From assembly GCA_963739305.1 (NCBI GenBank), contig CAVTZU010000004.1, forward strand, positions 1-61,071: a DNA stretch of 61,071 nucleotides, in the 5' to 3' direction. Numbering within the stretch: position 1 is the stretch's first letter; the number at the start of each line of letters is the position of its first letter. The notes below the pieces were generated by a model. That model made no database searches. It saw only the letters and a list, made by a program, of their open reading frames with translations, and was not told the origin of the DNA. Positions 11,691-22,856 of the stretch are shown piece after piece. This DNA is from Candidatus Bathyarchaeota archaeon. GTDB lineage: Archaea > Thermoproteota > Bathyarchaeia > Bathyarchaeales > Bathycorpusculaceae. Both the position numbers and the translations under genes were made by a program.

Positions 11691-11910
11691 TAGTGGCAGT
11701 GATGCAGTATTTCTTTGGTGATTCTTGAATATAAGAATTGAGAGGCCACGCTTTTATGAATGCTTCTGTTCTCAAATCCGCTCTCAGTCGAGAAAAGACG
11801 CAAAGGACACGAACGTCCTCCCTGCGACATGAATTTTGATTCAACAGAAGATTGTTTCTGAAAACTTAATATTTGCCGATGGGTCACTACTAGTTGAAGG
11901 GGGAGCGACA

Positions 11911-14900
11911 TTGGATAGGAAATTGATTCCAGCCGTGGTGCTGCCAATGTTGGTTTTCAGCATAATCACCTCGGCATTCATTATTCGCCCCGTCAGGGCC
12001 GCTGGCCCATACTACATCAGAGCTAACGGCGCCATTGAGCCGCCGGGAGCCCCTATTTCGACTTCCGACAACGTAACGTACATTCTTACCAACCAGACGT
12101 TTGACTCTATTTACATCGAGAGAAGCAACATAGTCTTCCTCGGAAACAACTGGAGGATGCAGGGTTCAGGAAGTGGAGTAGGCATCGACTTGAACAATGT
12201 TGACAACGTAACCGTGAAGAACATGCTCATATCTGGCTTCCAATGGGGCCTCTATATACGCAATAATGCGTTCCGTAATTACATATTGCAGAATCTTCTG
12301 GCTGACCAATACGGCATCGTGATGAGTAACAATGCAACCGGCAATATCGTTTCAGATAACAGCGTTGTAAATTGCTCCGCAGGAGGAATCTACCTTAGTT
12401 ACTCTACAAACAACACGATCTTTAGAAACAATGTGGAAGTTAACCATGTCGGTATCTCACTTCAGAGTTCGTCAAACAACAAATTCTACCACAATAGCCT
12501 GATTCTCAATTATCTGCAGGTATCTGTCGATGTCCCGGCACAATCGCCTAACACTTGGGATGACGGCTATCCTTCTGGGGGAAATTACTGGAGCGACTAT
12601 AACGGCACTGACATTCACAGCGGTGTTTTTCAAAACGAGACGGGTGCCGACGGAGTAGGAGACACTTCCTACAATATCGATGCCACCAACATTGATAATT
12701 ATCCCCTGATGAGCCCATCAACATATACGAGGTTTTCTTGGCCCACGTTCCATCACGACTCTACACTCGCTGGCTACACTGAAAGCCCAGCTCCAACAAC
12801 AAACCGTAAAGCATGGAGCAATGTCACTGGCGGTGGCGTGTATTCTTCTCCTGCTGTTGCTTACGGCAAGGTTTACGTCGGCTCGTTCGATAAAAAGATT
12901 TACTGCTTTGACGCTTTCACAGGAACGCAAATCTGGAGCTACATGACAGGCGGTTTAGTGTACTCTTCTCCCGCTGTTGCCTATGGAAAAGTCTACGTAG
13001 GTTCCAACGACAACAATCTCTATTGTCTGGATGCTTCCCTAGGAGTACTGGTCTGGAACTATACGACAGGCGGCTACGTGTTTTCTTCTCCAGTCGTTGC
13101 TGACGGCAAAGTCTACGTCGGTTCATGGGACAGTAAGGTTTACTGTCTCAACGCTACAACTGGCGCACGGATCTGGAGCTACACGGCAGGCAGCTATATC
13201 AGGTCTTCCCCCTGTGTCGTTGACGGCAGGATATATCTAGGTTCAGCTGATCAAAGGGTTTATTGTTTAGATGCTTCGACGGGGGCACAGATCTGGAATT
13301 ACACAACAGGCGGCTCCGTGTTTTCTTCTCCTGCTGTTGTTGACGGTAAGGTTTACGTCGGCTCTTATGATAACAGGCTTTATTGTCTGGATGCTTTCAC
13401 CGGAACACAAATCTGGAACTACACTGCGGCAAACTATGTTGATTCCTCTCCTGGTGTCGCTTACGGTAAGGTTTACGTCGGCTCATGGGACAACAACGTC
13501 CATTGCCTCGACGCCTTGACAGGAACGCAGATCTGGAATTACACAACCGGCGGGTGGACATACTCTTCTCCTGCTGTTGCGGACGGTAAGGTTTACGTCG
13601 GCTCATTGGACAATAAAGTCTACTGTCTTGACGCTACAACTGGAACGCAGATCTGGAACTACTCAACTAGCGGCTCTCTGTATTCGTCTCCCGCGGTTAG
13701 CGATGGCATGGTTTTCATAGGCTCAGACGATTTCAGCATCTACGTGTTCGGAGATGCCATTCGGGTTCCAGAAGATTACAAGACAATTCAGGCTGCAATC
13801 AATGCAGCTACTCCAGGGGCCACTATCTGGATTGCACCTGGCGTTTACAGTGAGTCCTTGGTGATCAACAAGACAATAACGTTGATCGGCAAAATAGGAA
13901 GCGAACCGATCTTCAACGGCGGTGGCAGCGGAATTGCCGTAAAAATAGTTTCCACAGGTTCTGGGTCGATCATTGCAGGAATTGTGATAACCAGTTGGGA
14001 TCAAGGAATAGTTGTTGTCGACGCAGGCAGCTGCAAAGTTTATGACAACCTCATGTCCCTTATGAATCAAAACGCCATTGCTCTTCAAGGGTCGAAGGCC
14101 TCTAACAATCAGATCTACTCTAACATATTTCAACAGGACACCACAGCTGTCAACTTGACGTCTTCATCAACGGGCAACACCATATACAACAACATAATAA
14201 GCTCAAGCGGCATCGGCATTGACTTGGAATCTAATGGAAACGTTGTCTACGGAAACATGATAACAGAAAACTCGGTTGCAATAAACATACAGAACTCTAA
14301 CAACAACAAATTCTTCCACAACGATTTCGTCAGCAATAACATGCAGTTGTCCATATCGGCGTCAACGGGAAATGTTTGGGATGACGGCTATCCGTCAGGC
14401 GGCAACTACTGGGCTTCCCACGTCAGCGTAGACAGCTTCAGCGGTCCACAGCAAAACATCCCAGGCAGTGACGGAATAGTAGACGTGCCCTTCACGGTTG
14501 CGACCAACAACATTGACCACTATCCTCTTCTGAAACCCTTTGCCCTGCACAATATCGGGATAGCTTATGTCCTCAAGTCAAAAACAGTCATAGGACAATC
14601 CTTCACGTTGCATTTAGACACGAAAATTCAGAATCTCGGCATGTACGATGAAACATTCACCTTCACCTGCCTTGTCAACGTGACGATCCTGATGAAGATG
14701 CCAATCAGCCTGTTGACAAGAAACTGTACAACTCTGACCATAGATTGGAACACCACAAACTTTGCAAAGGGAATATACACGCTGACTGTCGTGGCAGATC
14801 CAGTCGCCGACGAAACGGACACGACTGACAACGGTTTTTCCTGCAAAATCATCGTTACAATTCTAGGAGACGTCAATGGTGACTTCACTGTGGACATATA

Positions 14901-15045
14901 CGACGCAATAACGGTTGCAGGAGCCTTCAACACAAACCCTAGCAGGTCAAACTGGAACTCTAACGCCGACATCAACTGCGACAATTTCGTCGATATCTAT
15001 GACGCAATCATCCTGGCAAACCACTTCAATCAGCACTACCCATGA
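11911..15045 (+). CDS. Secreted surface protein: NosD/CASH beta-helix, PQQ-like beta-propeller, second beta-helix, CARDB-like domain, dockerin
   Basis: TTG start at 11911 with signal peptide ending PVRA; WDDGYPSGGNYW twice; SSPAVxxGKVYVGS repeats; GDVNGDFTVDIYD / ADINCDNFVDIYD dockerin. Confidence 0.85.
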   Translation: MDRKLIPAVVLPMLVFSIITSAFIIRPVRAAGPYYIRANGAIEPPGAPISTSDNVTYILTNQTFDSIYIERSNIVFLGNNWRMQGSGSGVGIDLNNVDNVTVKNMLISGFQWGLYIRNNAFRNYILQNLLADQYGIVMSNNATGNIVSDNSVVNCSAGGIYLSYSTNNTIFRNNVEVNHVGISLQSSSNNKFYHNSLILNYLQVSVDVPAQSPNTWDDGYPSGGNYWSDYNGTDIHSGVFQNETGADGVGDTSYNIDATNIDNYPLMSPSTYTRFSWPTFHHDSTLAGYTESPAPTTNRKAWSNVTGGGVYSSPAVAYGKVYVGSFDKKIYCFDAFTGTQIWSYMTGGLVYSSPAVAYGKVYVGSNDNNLYCLDASLGVLVWNYTTGGYVFSSPVVADGKVYVGSWDSKVYCLNATTGARIWSYTAGSYIRSSPCVVDGRIYLGSADQRVYCLDASTGAQIWNYTTGGSVFSSPAVVDGKVYVGSYDNRLYCLDAFTGTQIWNYTAANYVDSSPGVAYGKVYVGSWDNNVHCLDALTGTQIWNYTTGGWTYSSPAVADGKVYVGSLDNKVYCLDATTGTQIWNYSTSGSLYSSPAVSDGMVFIGSDDFSIYVFGDAIRVPEDYKTIQAAINAATPGATIWIAPGVYSESLVINKTITLIGKIGSEPIFNGGGSGIAVKIVSTGSGSIIAGIVITSWDQGIVVVDAGSCKVYDNLMSLMNQNAIALQGSKASNNQIYSNIFQQDTTAVNLTSSSTGNTIYNNIISSSGIGIDLESNGNVVYGNMITENSVAINIQNSNNNKFFHNDFVSNNMQLSISASTGNVWDDGYPSGGNYWASHVSVDSFSGPQQNIPGSDGIVDVPFTVATNNIDHYPLLKPFALHNIGIAYVLKSKTVIGQSFTLHLDTKIQNLGMYDETFTFTCLVNVTILMKMPISLLTRNCTTLTIDWNTTNFAKGIYTLTVVADPVADETDTTDNGFSCKIIVTILGDVNGDFTVDIYDAITVAGAFNTNPSRSNWNSNADINCDNFVDIYDAIILANHFNQHYP
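12829..13752 (+). repeat. Eight 120-bp (40-aa) tandem coding repeats, last one partial
   Basis: Units start at about 12829, 12949, 13069 ... 13669, with near-identical DNA such as GGTAAGGTTTACGTCGGCTC and CAGATCTGGAA. Confidence 0.9.
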
Positions 15046-15255
15046 GAAGACTTCATCTGGCTTCTCCACAGGTCAGCACATGCGCTACTTTCTTTCATAT
15101 TAGAATGCCGTGGTCAACAGCCTATGCACCTTCTAGAAATCTACAAGGCCGTCCGTGTCTTCCCGAAATCAGAACATGTTCTTTTCTTTCTTCTGAGACC
15201 TACACAAGAACAATGCTCGAGAAAAATCTGCAGGAAAAAAAAGAATTAGGGGAGA

Positions 15256-16908
15256 TTAGTCTTCGTCTGGCATTTCGCCGCCAGGCGGTTTGCCTGCTCC
15301 CGGTCCTTCTTTGGGTTTGGTTGAGGCTATCACGTCGTCTATGCGAAGTATCATTGCTGCGGATTCCGTGGCTGACTTCACTGCTTGCTCCTTGACGATA
15401 AGCGGTTCGACAACGCCTTTGTCGCGCATGTTTTCCGTTTTGCCCGTGAACACATTGATTCCCTTGTACTGGCCCTCTGCTTTGTCGTGTGCAGCTCTCA
15501 AGTCTACAATTACGTCTATTGCCTCGAGTCCAGCATTTTCGGCAAGGGTCTTAGGTATTACTTCCATTGCGTCTGCGAAGCTTTCTATTGCAAGCTGCTC
15601 TCTTCCGCCCACGGTTGTCGCATATTTTCGGAGTTCCTTGGCGACTTCAACTTCTACTGCGCCGCCGCCTGCCACTATCTTGTTGGTTTCGATGACGTCT
15701 GAAACCACCGATAATGCGTCAGTCATTGCTCTCTCAGCTTCGTCGACCATCCGTTCGAGTCCAGCGCGTATGATTATGGCGACGGATCGCGGGTCTTTGC
15801 ATTTTTCGACGAAGATCATCTTGTCCTCGCCGAGTTTGCGTTCTTCAACGAGGCCGGCTATTCCCAGGTCTTGGGATTTTAGGTCTCCTAGATCTGTTAT
15901 GATTCTTCCGCCTGTGGCTCTTGCGAGTTTTTCCATGTCTGATTGTTTGGCGCGTCTTGCTGCGAGTATTCCGGCTTTTGCGAGAAAGTGCTGTGCCATG
16001 TCATCAATGCCTTTTTGGCAGAAGACAACATTCGCCCCCGAGGCTTTGATCTTGTCAACCATTTCTTGGAGCATCTTGTTTTCTTGGTCAAGGAACGCTT
16101 TCATTTGGCTTGGGTCGCGTATTCTGATTTCGGCGCTCATTTCGGTCTTCTCGATTTCCAATGCGGCGTCCAGTAAGGCTATCTTTGCCTTTTCAACCAT
16201 CTTTGGCATTCCTGGATGCACGACTTCCTTGTCAATTACCAGGCCTTTCACGAGTTGTGATTCATACAGGCTTTTTCCTGCTTTCTTGATTACCTGGATG
16301 TTGTCGATGTCAGCGATGTTCTTGTCTCCGCGTTGTTCCACGACTTGTCTCACGGCGTCTATTGCCATGTCTGCGAGGTGGTCTCTCGCCGCGCCAACGC
16401 CTTTGCTTGCCATCGACGTGACAGCGACTTTCTTGAGCGTTGCTCGGTCATCTATCTCAACTGGAATCGAGATGTTGTTGATGGTCTCGATTGCTTTCAC
16501 TGCCGCTTTGCGGTAGCCGCTGACGATGATCGTTGGATGAATGTTCTGGTCTAAGAGGTCCTCGGCTTTCTTGAGCAATTCGCCTGCTAGGACGACTGCT
16601 GTGGTGGTTCCATCGCCGACCATGTCGTCTTGGGTCTTGGCAATTTCCACCATCATCTTTGCCGCTGGATGTTCAACTTCTATCTCGTTAAGGATCGCTG
16701 CGCCATCGTTGGTTATGGTTATGTCTCCTAGGCTGTCGACGAGCATCTTGTCCATGCCGCGTGGTCCCAACGTTGTTTTGAGGACTTCTCCGATTATTTT
16801 TGCTGCCATTATGTTGTTTCTTTGAGCTTCTTTGCCTCTGTTACGGGTTGTTCCTTCTTTCAGCACCAGGACTGGTTGTCCCGACGCTGTGGTCGTTAAG
16901 TAAGCCAT
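15256..16908 (-). CDS. thsB: Thermosome (group II chaperonin) subunit, beta-like
   Basis: [39 protein letters not shown]. Confidence 0.95.
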   Translation of the reverse strand: MAYLTTTASGQPVLVLKEGTTRNRGKEAQRNNIMAAKIIGEVLKTTLGPRGMDKMLVDSLGDITITNDGAAILNEIEVEHPAAKMMVEIAKTQDDMVGDGTTTAVVLAGELLKKAEDLLDQNIHPTIIVSGYRKAAVKAIETINNISIPVEIDDRATLKKVAVTSMASKGVGAARDHLADMAIDAVRQVVEQRGDKNIADIDNIQVIKKAGKSLYESQLVKGLVIDKEVVHPGMPKMVEKAKIALLDAALEIEKTEMSAEIRIRDPSQMKAFLDQENKMLQEMVDKIKASGANVVFCQKGIDDMAQHFLAKAGILAARRAKQSDMEKLARATGGRIITDLGDLKSQDLGIAGLVEERKLGEDKMIFVEKCKDPRSVAIIIRAGLERMVDEAERAMTDALSVVSDVIETNKIVAGGGAVEVEVAKELRKYATTVGGREQLAIESFADAMEVIPKTLAENAGLEAIDVIVDLRAAHDKAEGQYKGINVFTGKTENMRDKGVVEPLIVKEQAVKSATESAAMILRIDDVIASTKPKEGPGAGKPPGGEMPDED

Positions 16909-17093
16909 ACATACCCTCCGTTCAACACTAAAATTCCTTTAATCCGAGATAAGCAAAAATGGTCAGCAATATAAGTTTTACCTCTGTGTCCTCTGGTCCG
17001 CAAGTAGATTAAGCTGAATTCCCATTGAACCATGATGATCCAGGCCTTGACTGCACAACAGTTTAAATTTCGCGATGCAATTCACTTTCGTCA

Positions 17094-17399
17094 GTGGCAC
17101 ACTCTTTGCAAGTCTCTGTTCGATTTTTTACGACGTTGAGAGAAATCGTTGGGAAAAAAGAGGAAGTGATCCGGTTTTCGCCGGACGAGAAGGTCACCGT
17201 GAACATCATTCTGGATCGGCTGAGCAAGGAGTACGGCCAAGCATTCAAAGAATACGTTTACGATCGCAGGACCGGTCAAGTGAGGAGTTTCCTCCAATTT
17301 CTGGTGAACGGCAGAAGTGTTTCATCGTCTGAAGGTCCAGACTTAGAGCTCTCAGACTGTGATGTGCTTGCTATACTGCCTCCCGTGAGCGGCGGATAA
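17094..17399 (+). CDS. MoaD/ThiS-family ubiquitin-like small archaeal modifier (SAMP1-like)
   Basis: VRFFTTLREIVG, LVNGR, C-terminal ILPPVSGG. Confidence 0.9.
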   Translation: MAHSLQVSVRFFTTLREIVGKKEEVIRFSPDEKVTVNIILDRLSKEYGQAFKEYVYDRRTGQVRSFLQFLVNGRSVSSSEGPDLELSDCDVLAILPPVSGG

Positions 17400-17637
17400 G
17401 CCGCGTCAAAGAATTATTGACGAGTGACACGTGTTGCTGGGGACTGGGCACTATTATTATAAATTGAAGAATACAACTTGAATTCCGTGCTCCAAATTGA
17501 GAGTTTGGCCGCCGAAAAAACTGGAAACAGGCTGAAAATGGAGTGTCATAGAGTCGCTTGTGGGGAACGGAAATTCAACGGATGTCAGGTAGATCGGAGG
17601 CAAAAGTCTATCCTCAGCTACGAATGAGTGGGTTCCA

Positions 17638-18828
17638 ATGAAGTTTGTAATAATAGGCTGTGGAGTCGCGGGAGTGAACGCAGCCACTATTCTTCGGAAG
17701 AACGATACGGACGCCGAAATTTCCATCTACACCGACGAGGACCACTTGTACTATCCGCGACCAAGACTTTACGAGGTCATCTCGGGCCAAAAACAACCAG
17801 AGGACCTTTACAGTTTCCCTTCCAAATTCTACGAGAAACAACGAATCAGTGTACACCTGATGAAAAAAGCGATCCGCCTCAACACAGCTGAGAAAACCAT
17901 CATGTTTGAAGATGGTTCCAGGACGGACTACGACAAGCTGTTGCTCGCAAACGGCGCCCACCCCTTCGTACCGCCTATGAAAGGCATTGGAAAAAAAGGA
18001 TTTTTCACCTTGCGCACAATGGAGGACGCCCTTTCAATAAGAGAACGTGTCATGAAAACGAGAAGAGCTATAGTCGTCGGTGAGGGACTCCTAGGACTCG
18101 AGCTTGCAGTAAGCTTGAGAAAGGCAGGCCAAGACATCATAGTCATAGGGCTATATCCTCGGCTACTACCGAAACAGCTTGATCAAGAAGCATCAGAAAT
18201 TCTGAAAAAGTATCTGGAAAGATTGGGGATAAACCTTGTTTTGAACGCTGTGACAAAAGAGATCTTGGGCAAAGATGAAGTCGACGGTGTATCCCTCGAA
18301 GATGGGAGGAAGTTCGAGGGCGAAATCGTTGTGGCTGCAACAGGAGTACGTCCCAATATCGACTTGGCCTCCAGCGCTGGAATCAAGACTGCCACGGGAA
18401 TCGTCGTTGATCAGCACCTACAAACCAGCGTTGACGATATCTATGCGGCCGGTGATGCAATCGAATTCAATGGGCAAGTCTACGGCATGATCCCTCCGGC
18501 TCTCGAACAAGCTAGAATAGCAGCCGTCAACATAATGGGAAAGGAGGAACAGGTCTATAGGGGCACTGTCCATGCCATGACTTTGAGGCTCGCCGAGATC
18601 AGTCTTACCTCGATGGGTCTCGTGAACCCTGAGGGACCTGATTATGAGGAAATAAAAATGGACAACAAAAAGGACAGTGTTTACAAGAAACTCGTCTTGC
18701 AGCAGGGAAGAATCGTTGGAGCCATTATTCTTGGAAAAAAAGAAGACACCTCCTCTATAAGAAGGCTGATGGAACAAGGAACGGACGTTTCAAAGCAAAA
18801 GAATACCTTGTTGGACGACACACACTAA
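17638..18828 (+). CDS. FAD-dependent NAD(P)H oxidoreductase (NADH:rubredoxin reductase/NirB N-terminal-like)
   Basis: IIGCGVAG, YDKLLLANGA, GEGLLGLE, TSVDDIYAAGD, YKKLVL..GRIVGAIL. Confidence 0.88.
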   Translation: MKFVIIGCGVAGVNAATILRKNDTDAEISIYTDEDHLYYPRPRLYEVISGQKQPEDLYSFPSKFYEKQRISVHLMKKAIRLNTAEKTIMFEDGSRTDYDKLLLANGAHPFVPPMKGIGKKGFFTLRTMEDALSIRERVMKTRRAIVVGEGLLGLELAVSLRKAGQDIIVIGLYPRLLPKQLDQEASEILKKYLERLGINLVLNAVTKEILGKDEVDGVSLEDGRKFEGEIVVAATGVRPNIDLASSAGIKTATGIVVDQHLQTSVDDIYAAGDAIEFNGQVYGMIPPALEQARIAAVNIMGKEEQVYRGTVHAMTLRLAEISLTSMGLVNPEGPDYEEIKMDNKKDSVYKKLVLQQGRIVGAIILGKKEDTSSIRRLMEQGTDVSKQKNTLLDDTH

Positions 18829-18874
18829 AAATGTAGGTAAATAGAGGATAATGTGAAGATTTCAGGGGTCAAAA

Positions 18875-19873
18875 ATGACCAAATCATTATTTCCCTCACG
18901 AAAGAGCGAATTGGAAGTGCTCGTTTCTTTCAATTTGCCAAGCTGGCACCTAGAGAAGATTAGGAACGTTTCGCCAATAATCAGAATCAACCAAAGCGAA
19001 GACGAAAAAGAACTTGTGAAGCTGGTCGAGAGAGCAGAAGTTTTGCTTGCAGGAAGATTTTCACCCCAAATATTCGCAGCAGCAAGAGAGCTCAGGTGGA
19101 TCCAAGCAAGCTACGTAGGAGTCGAAAGCTTGCTTTATCCGGAAGTCGTGAGAAGCGATGTGACCGTAACAAACGCCAGCGGAGTGAATTCTGTACCAGT
19201 CGCGGAACACGTTATCTCTCTAATGCTCTGTTTAAACAGAAAGTTGCATCTATACGTAAGAAACCAGATGCGAAAACAATGGAAAACCAGCGACCGAGAC
19301 CTGATAATGAGGATGGAAGAATTATCTGGAAAAACCTTGGGGATCGTTGGAATCGGAAAAATCGGAGGAGAAATCGCAAGACGAGCCAAGTGCCTTGGAA
19401 TGCAAGTCATCGGAACAAGAAGAACTCCGTCAGCGCCTGTACCAGAAAACGTCGACAAACTCGTTCCTCTTGAGAGGCTGAAAGAACTGTTTGCTGAATC
19501 TGATTTCGTGGTCATTCAACTGCCATTGACAAAACACACGAAGGGGATGATCGGAGAAGCAGAGCTCAAAAGCATGAAACGAACAGCCTACTTAGTCAAC
19601 GCCGGCAGAGGAAGCGTGATCCAAGAGGACAAGCTGATAAAAGCATTAAGCGAAGGCTGGATCGCCGGAGCTGGGTTGGACACATTTGCGACCGAGCCAT
19701 TGCCAAAAAACTCGCCGCTCTGGAAAATGGAAAACGTGGTAATAACTCCCCACGTCGCCGGATTAACCCCAAAATACGTCGACAGACTTGTGGACGTGTT
19801 CTGTGAAAACCTAAAACGGTTTCTAAACGGTAAGCCTCTCATCAATATCGTAGACAAGAAGCAAGGATACTGA
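18875..19873 (+). CDS. D-2-hydroxyacid dehydrogenase
   Basis: VAEH, GIGKIG, LPLT..TKG, VNAGRG, LDTFATEPLP, ITPHVAG. Confidence 0.92.
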   Translation: MTKSLFPSRKSELEVLVSFNLPSWHLEKIRNVSPIIRINQSEDEKELVKLVERAEVLLAGRFSPQIFAAARELRWIQASYVGVESLLYPEVVRSDVTVTNASGVNSVPVAEHVISLMLCLNRKLHLYVRNQMRKQWKTSDRDLIMRMEELSGKTLGIVGIGKIGGEIARRAKCLGMQVIGTRRTPSAPVPENVDKLVPLERLKELFAESDFVVIQLPLTKHTKGMIGEAELKSMKRTAYLVNAGRGSVIQEDKLIKALSEGWIAGAGLDTFATEPLPKNSPLWKMENVVITPHVAGLTPKYVDRLVDVFCENLKRFLNGKPLINIVDKKQGY

Positions 19874-20001
19874 GAACCAACGTCCGATCCTGATCAAACC
19901 TCAAGAAATGCCTGCAGGTTGGCCCTGATCGTGCGTGATTCCGTCGCGGCTGCTTAACTCATCTATTACGCGCACTTTCGAGTTCACTGGCTTGGTTCTA
20001 C

Positions 20002-20193
20002 CTAGATAGGACGCTTCCCTATACTTTCCACCGCTGCAAGCGCCAACGAAATCAAAATCAGGAGCACAAAAGAAAAAACTACTATGACTATTCTGTAAAG
20101 AAACGGAATGCTCGAAAACCACAAGACGTATGAACTTATGAGCGCGACTGCAAGGTACGCCAACGTCATGCTGTGAGACATTCTTTGAGCCAA
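20002..20193 (-). CDS. Small two-TM membrane protein, unknown function
   Basis: 63-aa ORF with two hydrophobic stretches and a basic tail. Confidence 0.45.
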   Translation of the reverse strand: MAQRMSHSMTLAYLAVALISSYVLWFSSIPFLYRIVIVVFSFVLLILISLALAAVESIGKRPI

Positions 20194-20329
20194 TTTCCAT
20201 TACCTTTTACGTCAAACGTTTGATCACTTAAACAACTTAAACACCACCCTGCAAACTTAAAAAGTTGACGAGCCGACGCTGGCAAAATGAACGCGCGCAT
20301 GCAAGGGTCAGTTCGTTATATTTTCGGGT

Positions 20330-21797
20330 TCAAAGAATTGGAAGGGATTTTATGCCATGTCGACTCATGATTTCCTTCAGCGCGCTTCTCAGATCATTTT
20401 CAACGTCGACTGGCAAAGGTTCTGGAACATGTTTTTCGAGTGTCTGATCAACTGTTTCTCTGGCTCTGCTTACGATGTCTTTGAGTCCTTGTTTTCTTTC
20501 GGCTTCTAGACTTAACCTGTCGATCAGGCCAGAGGGCATGAAGTACTCTTTCTTCAAGTAATCTATAGTGTGTTTCTCCCCAAGGTAGTGACCACCGGCG
20601 CCAACCTTGCTGATCACTTCTAAAGCATTCGTGCTCTCATCGCTGGTTATTCCTTCAACGAGCCTCAGCGCCATGCCGCAGATTTCGTTGTCGATGACAA
20701 GTTTTTCAAGTGATTGACAATTCTCAAACACAAGCATGCCCGGCCCAGAAATCACGTTGATGCCTGTGAGAGCTCCGAGCATGATCCCTGAGCAGCTTTC
20801 GATGCCGCTCTGGACGTCAAGCATTTTGGAGTCACTAAGCCCCAGATACGCATGAGTTGGCAAACCGTAGTGTTTTCCCAACTGAGCGGCGGCACAGGCA
20901 ACCATCATGTTCTCTATCGACCCAAGGCGCGACGACAAGTATCTCATATCGAAAGTTGTAGGGGAACCCCCGTAGATAATTGAGGCTCCAGCCTTTACAA
21001 GCTGAGAGATGACCATTCCACTTAGAAATTCAGCGTTGGATTGCACGAGAGTTCCTGACAAGGTTATCGGGCTTGTTGCGCCCATTTGCGGCGCCGGAAT
21101 GATCTCTACTGGAACTTCGAACCTAGCGCAATCAATGAGGTTCTGACAGGCCGTGTCACTCCACACCAGAGGAGAAGAGGGGCACACGTCAAATATCGCC
21201 ATGGGTCTTCTCGCTAACTGTTCTTTTCCACCTGCGACAACTTCCAAAAGAGCCTTCATATCAGAGACTCCTTGTTTCGTGAATGCACCCGTGATGATAC
21301 CCTTCGTTGTGTTCTGGAGCACCAGGTACAGACGATAAAGATCACCAACCTCCTTAGGGACCTCGGAGGGCACCATCGCTGTGCTCTGGGCGTGGATGTA
21401 CCTGAGAGCGTCAGTTAACCTTACGAGGTCAACCAAATCCTTTGACAGTGCAAGCCTTATCTCGCCTGTTTTGTGGTCGCTGAAGTATATTGCGCTTGAC
21501 CCAGGATTGAATATCACATTGTTCCGCCCAATTGTCTCCTGATTCTTCCCGTTTCTGTCATACAATTGTCAGTGAAGGTTTGGTCTTTCCTAGTGATTCT
21601 TCAACAAGATTTCGGGGTATGCGTGCAATCTTCCTGTCTGAATCAACTTCACATCCTGCTTCTGTGAGCAAGAGCATTGCCTCATCGTTCCGGATGTTCA
21701 CGCCCACTTTCTCGAGAATTGTTAACGAATTGTTATGAATGAGCTTCGATGTTGTCTGAAGAGAGAAATTGCAGAGGGTGTTTTGAAGATGCGCCAC
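20330..21797 (-). CDS. Trimethylamine methyltransferase (MttB) family protein, non-pyrrolysine type, frameshift at about 21565
   Basis: IHNNSLTILEKVGV, SSPL, GATSPITLSGTL, GLPTHAYLGLSDSKMLDVQSGIE, EKLVIDNEI, VGAGGHYL..HT. Confidence 0.88.
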
Positions 21798-21916
21798 GTT
21801 CAGTCATATTTGTCAATCTTCCATTCAGGCTTCACTATTTCTCCCCTTACAACTTTTAAGATTTGATGCTCGAAGGCTTATTATAACTGGAAATGCAATT
21901 TTAAGGTGGGAAAGAA

Positions 21917-22267
21917 TTGAGGAACATCGGCGCAGTCTTCATCGGATTCATCTTCATCCTTGCAGGGATCTTTGGGATGTATGAAGTTACAGTCTTCAAC
22001 GCAAGCGTTCCCACTTGGGCTAGAAGCGACTTTCAAAGCGTCGACATAGTTCCCACCTTATTCCCGATCATTATCGGCGTCGTTTTGCTCATCTACGGCC
22101 TTTTGCCGAGGGAAGAGGTTGAGATGGAGGCGCAACTGCCTCCTGCGCCGCCTGTTGTCCGAGAAGTAATTCAAAAGGAAGTAGTCGTCAAGATCAGATG
22201 CAGCTACTGCGGTACCCTGTACGATGAGACTCTTGACAAATGCCCCAATTGCGGGGCTAAGAGGTAA
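21917..22267 (+). CDS. Two-TM protein with C-terminal zinc ribbon
   Basis: Two hydrophobic helices, Pro-rich linker, CSYC...CPNCGA. Confidence 0.75.
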   Translation: MRNIGAVFIGFIFILAGIFGMYEVTVFNASVPTWARSDFQSVDIVPTLFPIIIGVVLLIYGLLPREEVEMEAQLPPAPPVVREVIQKEVVVKIRCSYCGTLYDETLDKCPNCGAKR

Positions 22268-22445
22268 CCTGCGAGTTATATAGACGGTTGCTAAAGAGAA
22301 CTTGTGGGATGCGCGCGCTCTTTTTCGTTTAGTCTTTTTCGCGGAAGAATCCACTGCATGATAAATCGGATAAATTAGTCCCTTGATGGATTGACTTTCC
22401 CAAAATCATTTATATTGTCTCTTCAAAAGGTCAAGATGACCCGCG

Positions 22446-22742
22446 ATGAAGTTCCTGATAATTTCTAAAGTGAGACAGATCAACGTCGATGTTTGGGCTA
22501 AACTGCTTCCAGCACACTTCAAGTACCTTGACGATTTGGAAAAGAAGAAAGCTGTAGAAGTTTCATATCATCTGATAGGCCATCAAGGCGACGTTCTGAT
22601 CGTGAACGTGGCTTCAGACGAAGAGCTGGCCAGTATAGTGGGAGAAGACCCCTTGTTCTTCTACACGGAAAGGGAAGTGTATCCGCTCACCACACGAGAA
22701 GTGCATAAGCGAAGGCTACAGAAAGTCTTCGGAAAACGATAA
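22446..22742 (+). CDS. Small dimeric alpha/beta-barrel protein (muconolactone isomerase/YciI-like)
   Basis: MKFLII..HFKYL..IVNVASDEEL..DPL..EVYPL pattern; TATA-like TTTATA upstream. Confidence 0.65.
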   Translation: MKFLIISKVRQINVDVWAKLLPAHFKYLDDLEKKKAVEVSYHLIGHQGDVLIVNVASDEELASIVGEDPLFFYTEREVYPLTTREVHKRRLQKVFGKR

Positions 22743-22856
22743 CACAGATGCGACCATCCAGCTTTGTCGTGCGTTTTCATCCTTCTGAAACGTTCCGTGC
22801 GCGCTATGAAGTGCAGAGAACCCTTAGCGCACGCTACATGATTGGTTTTGTTGTGG

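Noticed and set aside
15290-16516. 408-aa plus-strand ORF and many similar antisense ORFs in the track
   Set aside because: They are shadows of well-supported genes on the opposite strand and have no recognisable motifs.
17032-17070. ATGATGA box C motif upstream of the SAMP-like gene
   Set aside because: No CTGA box D at a suitable distance and no recognisable guide.
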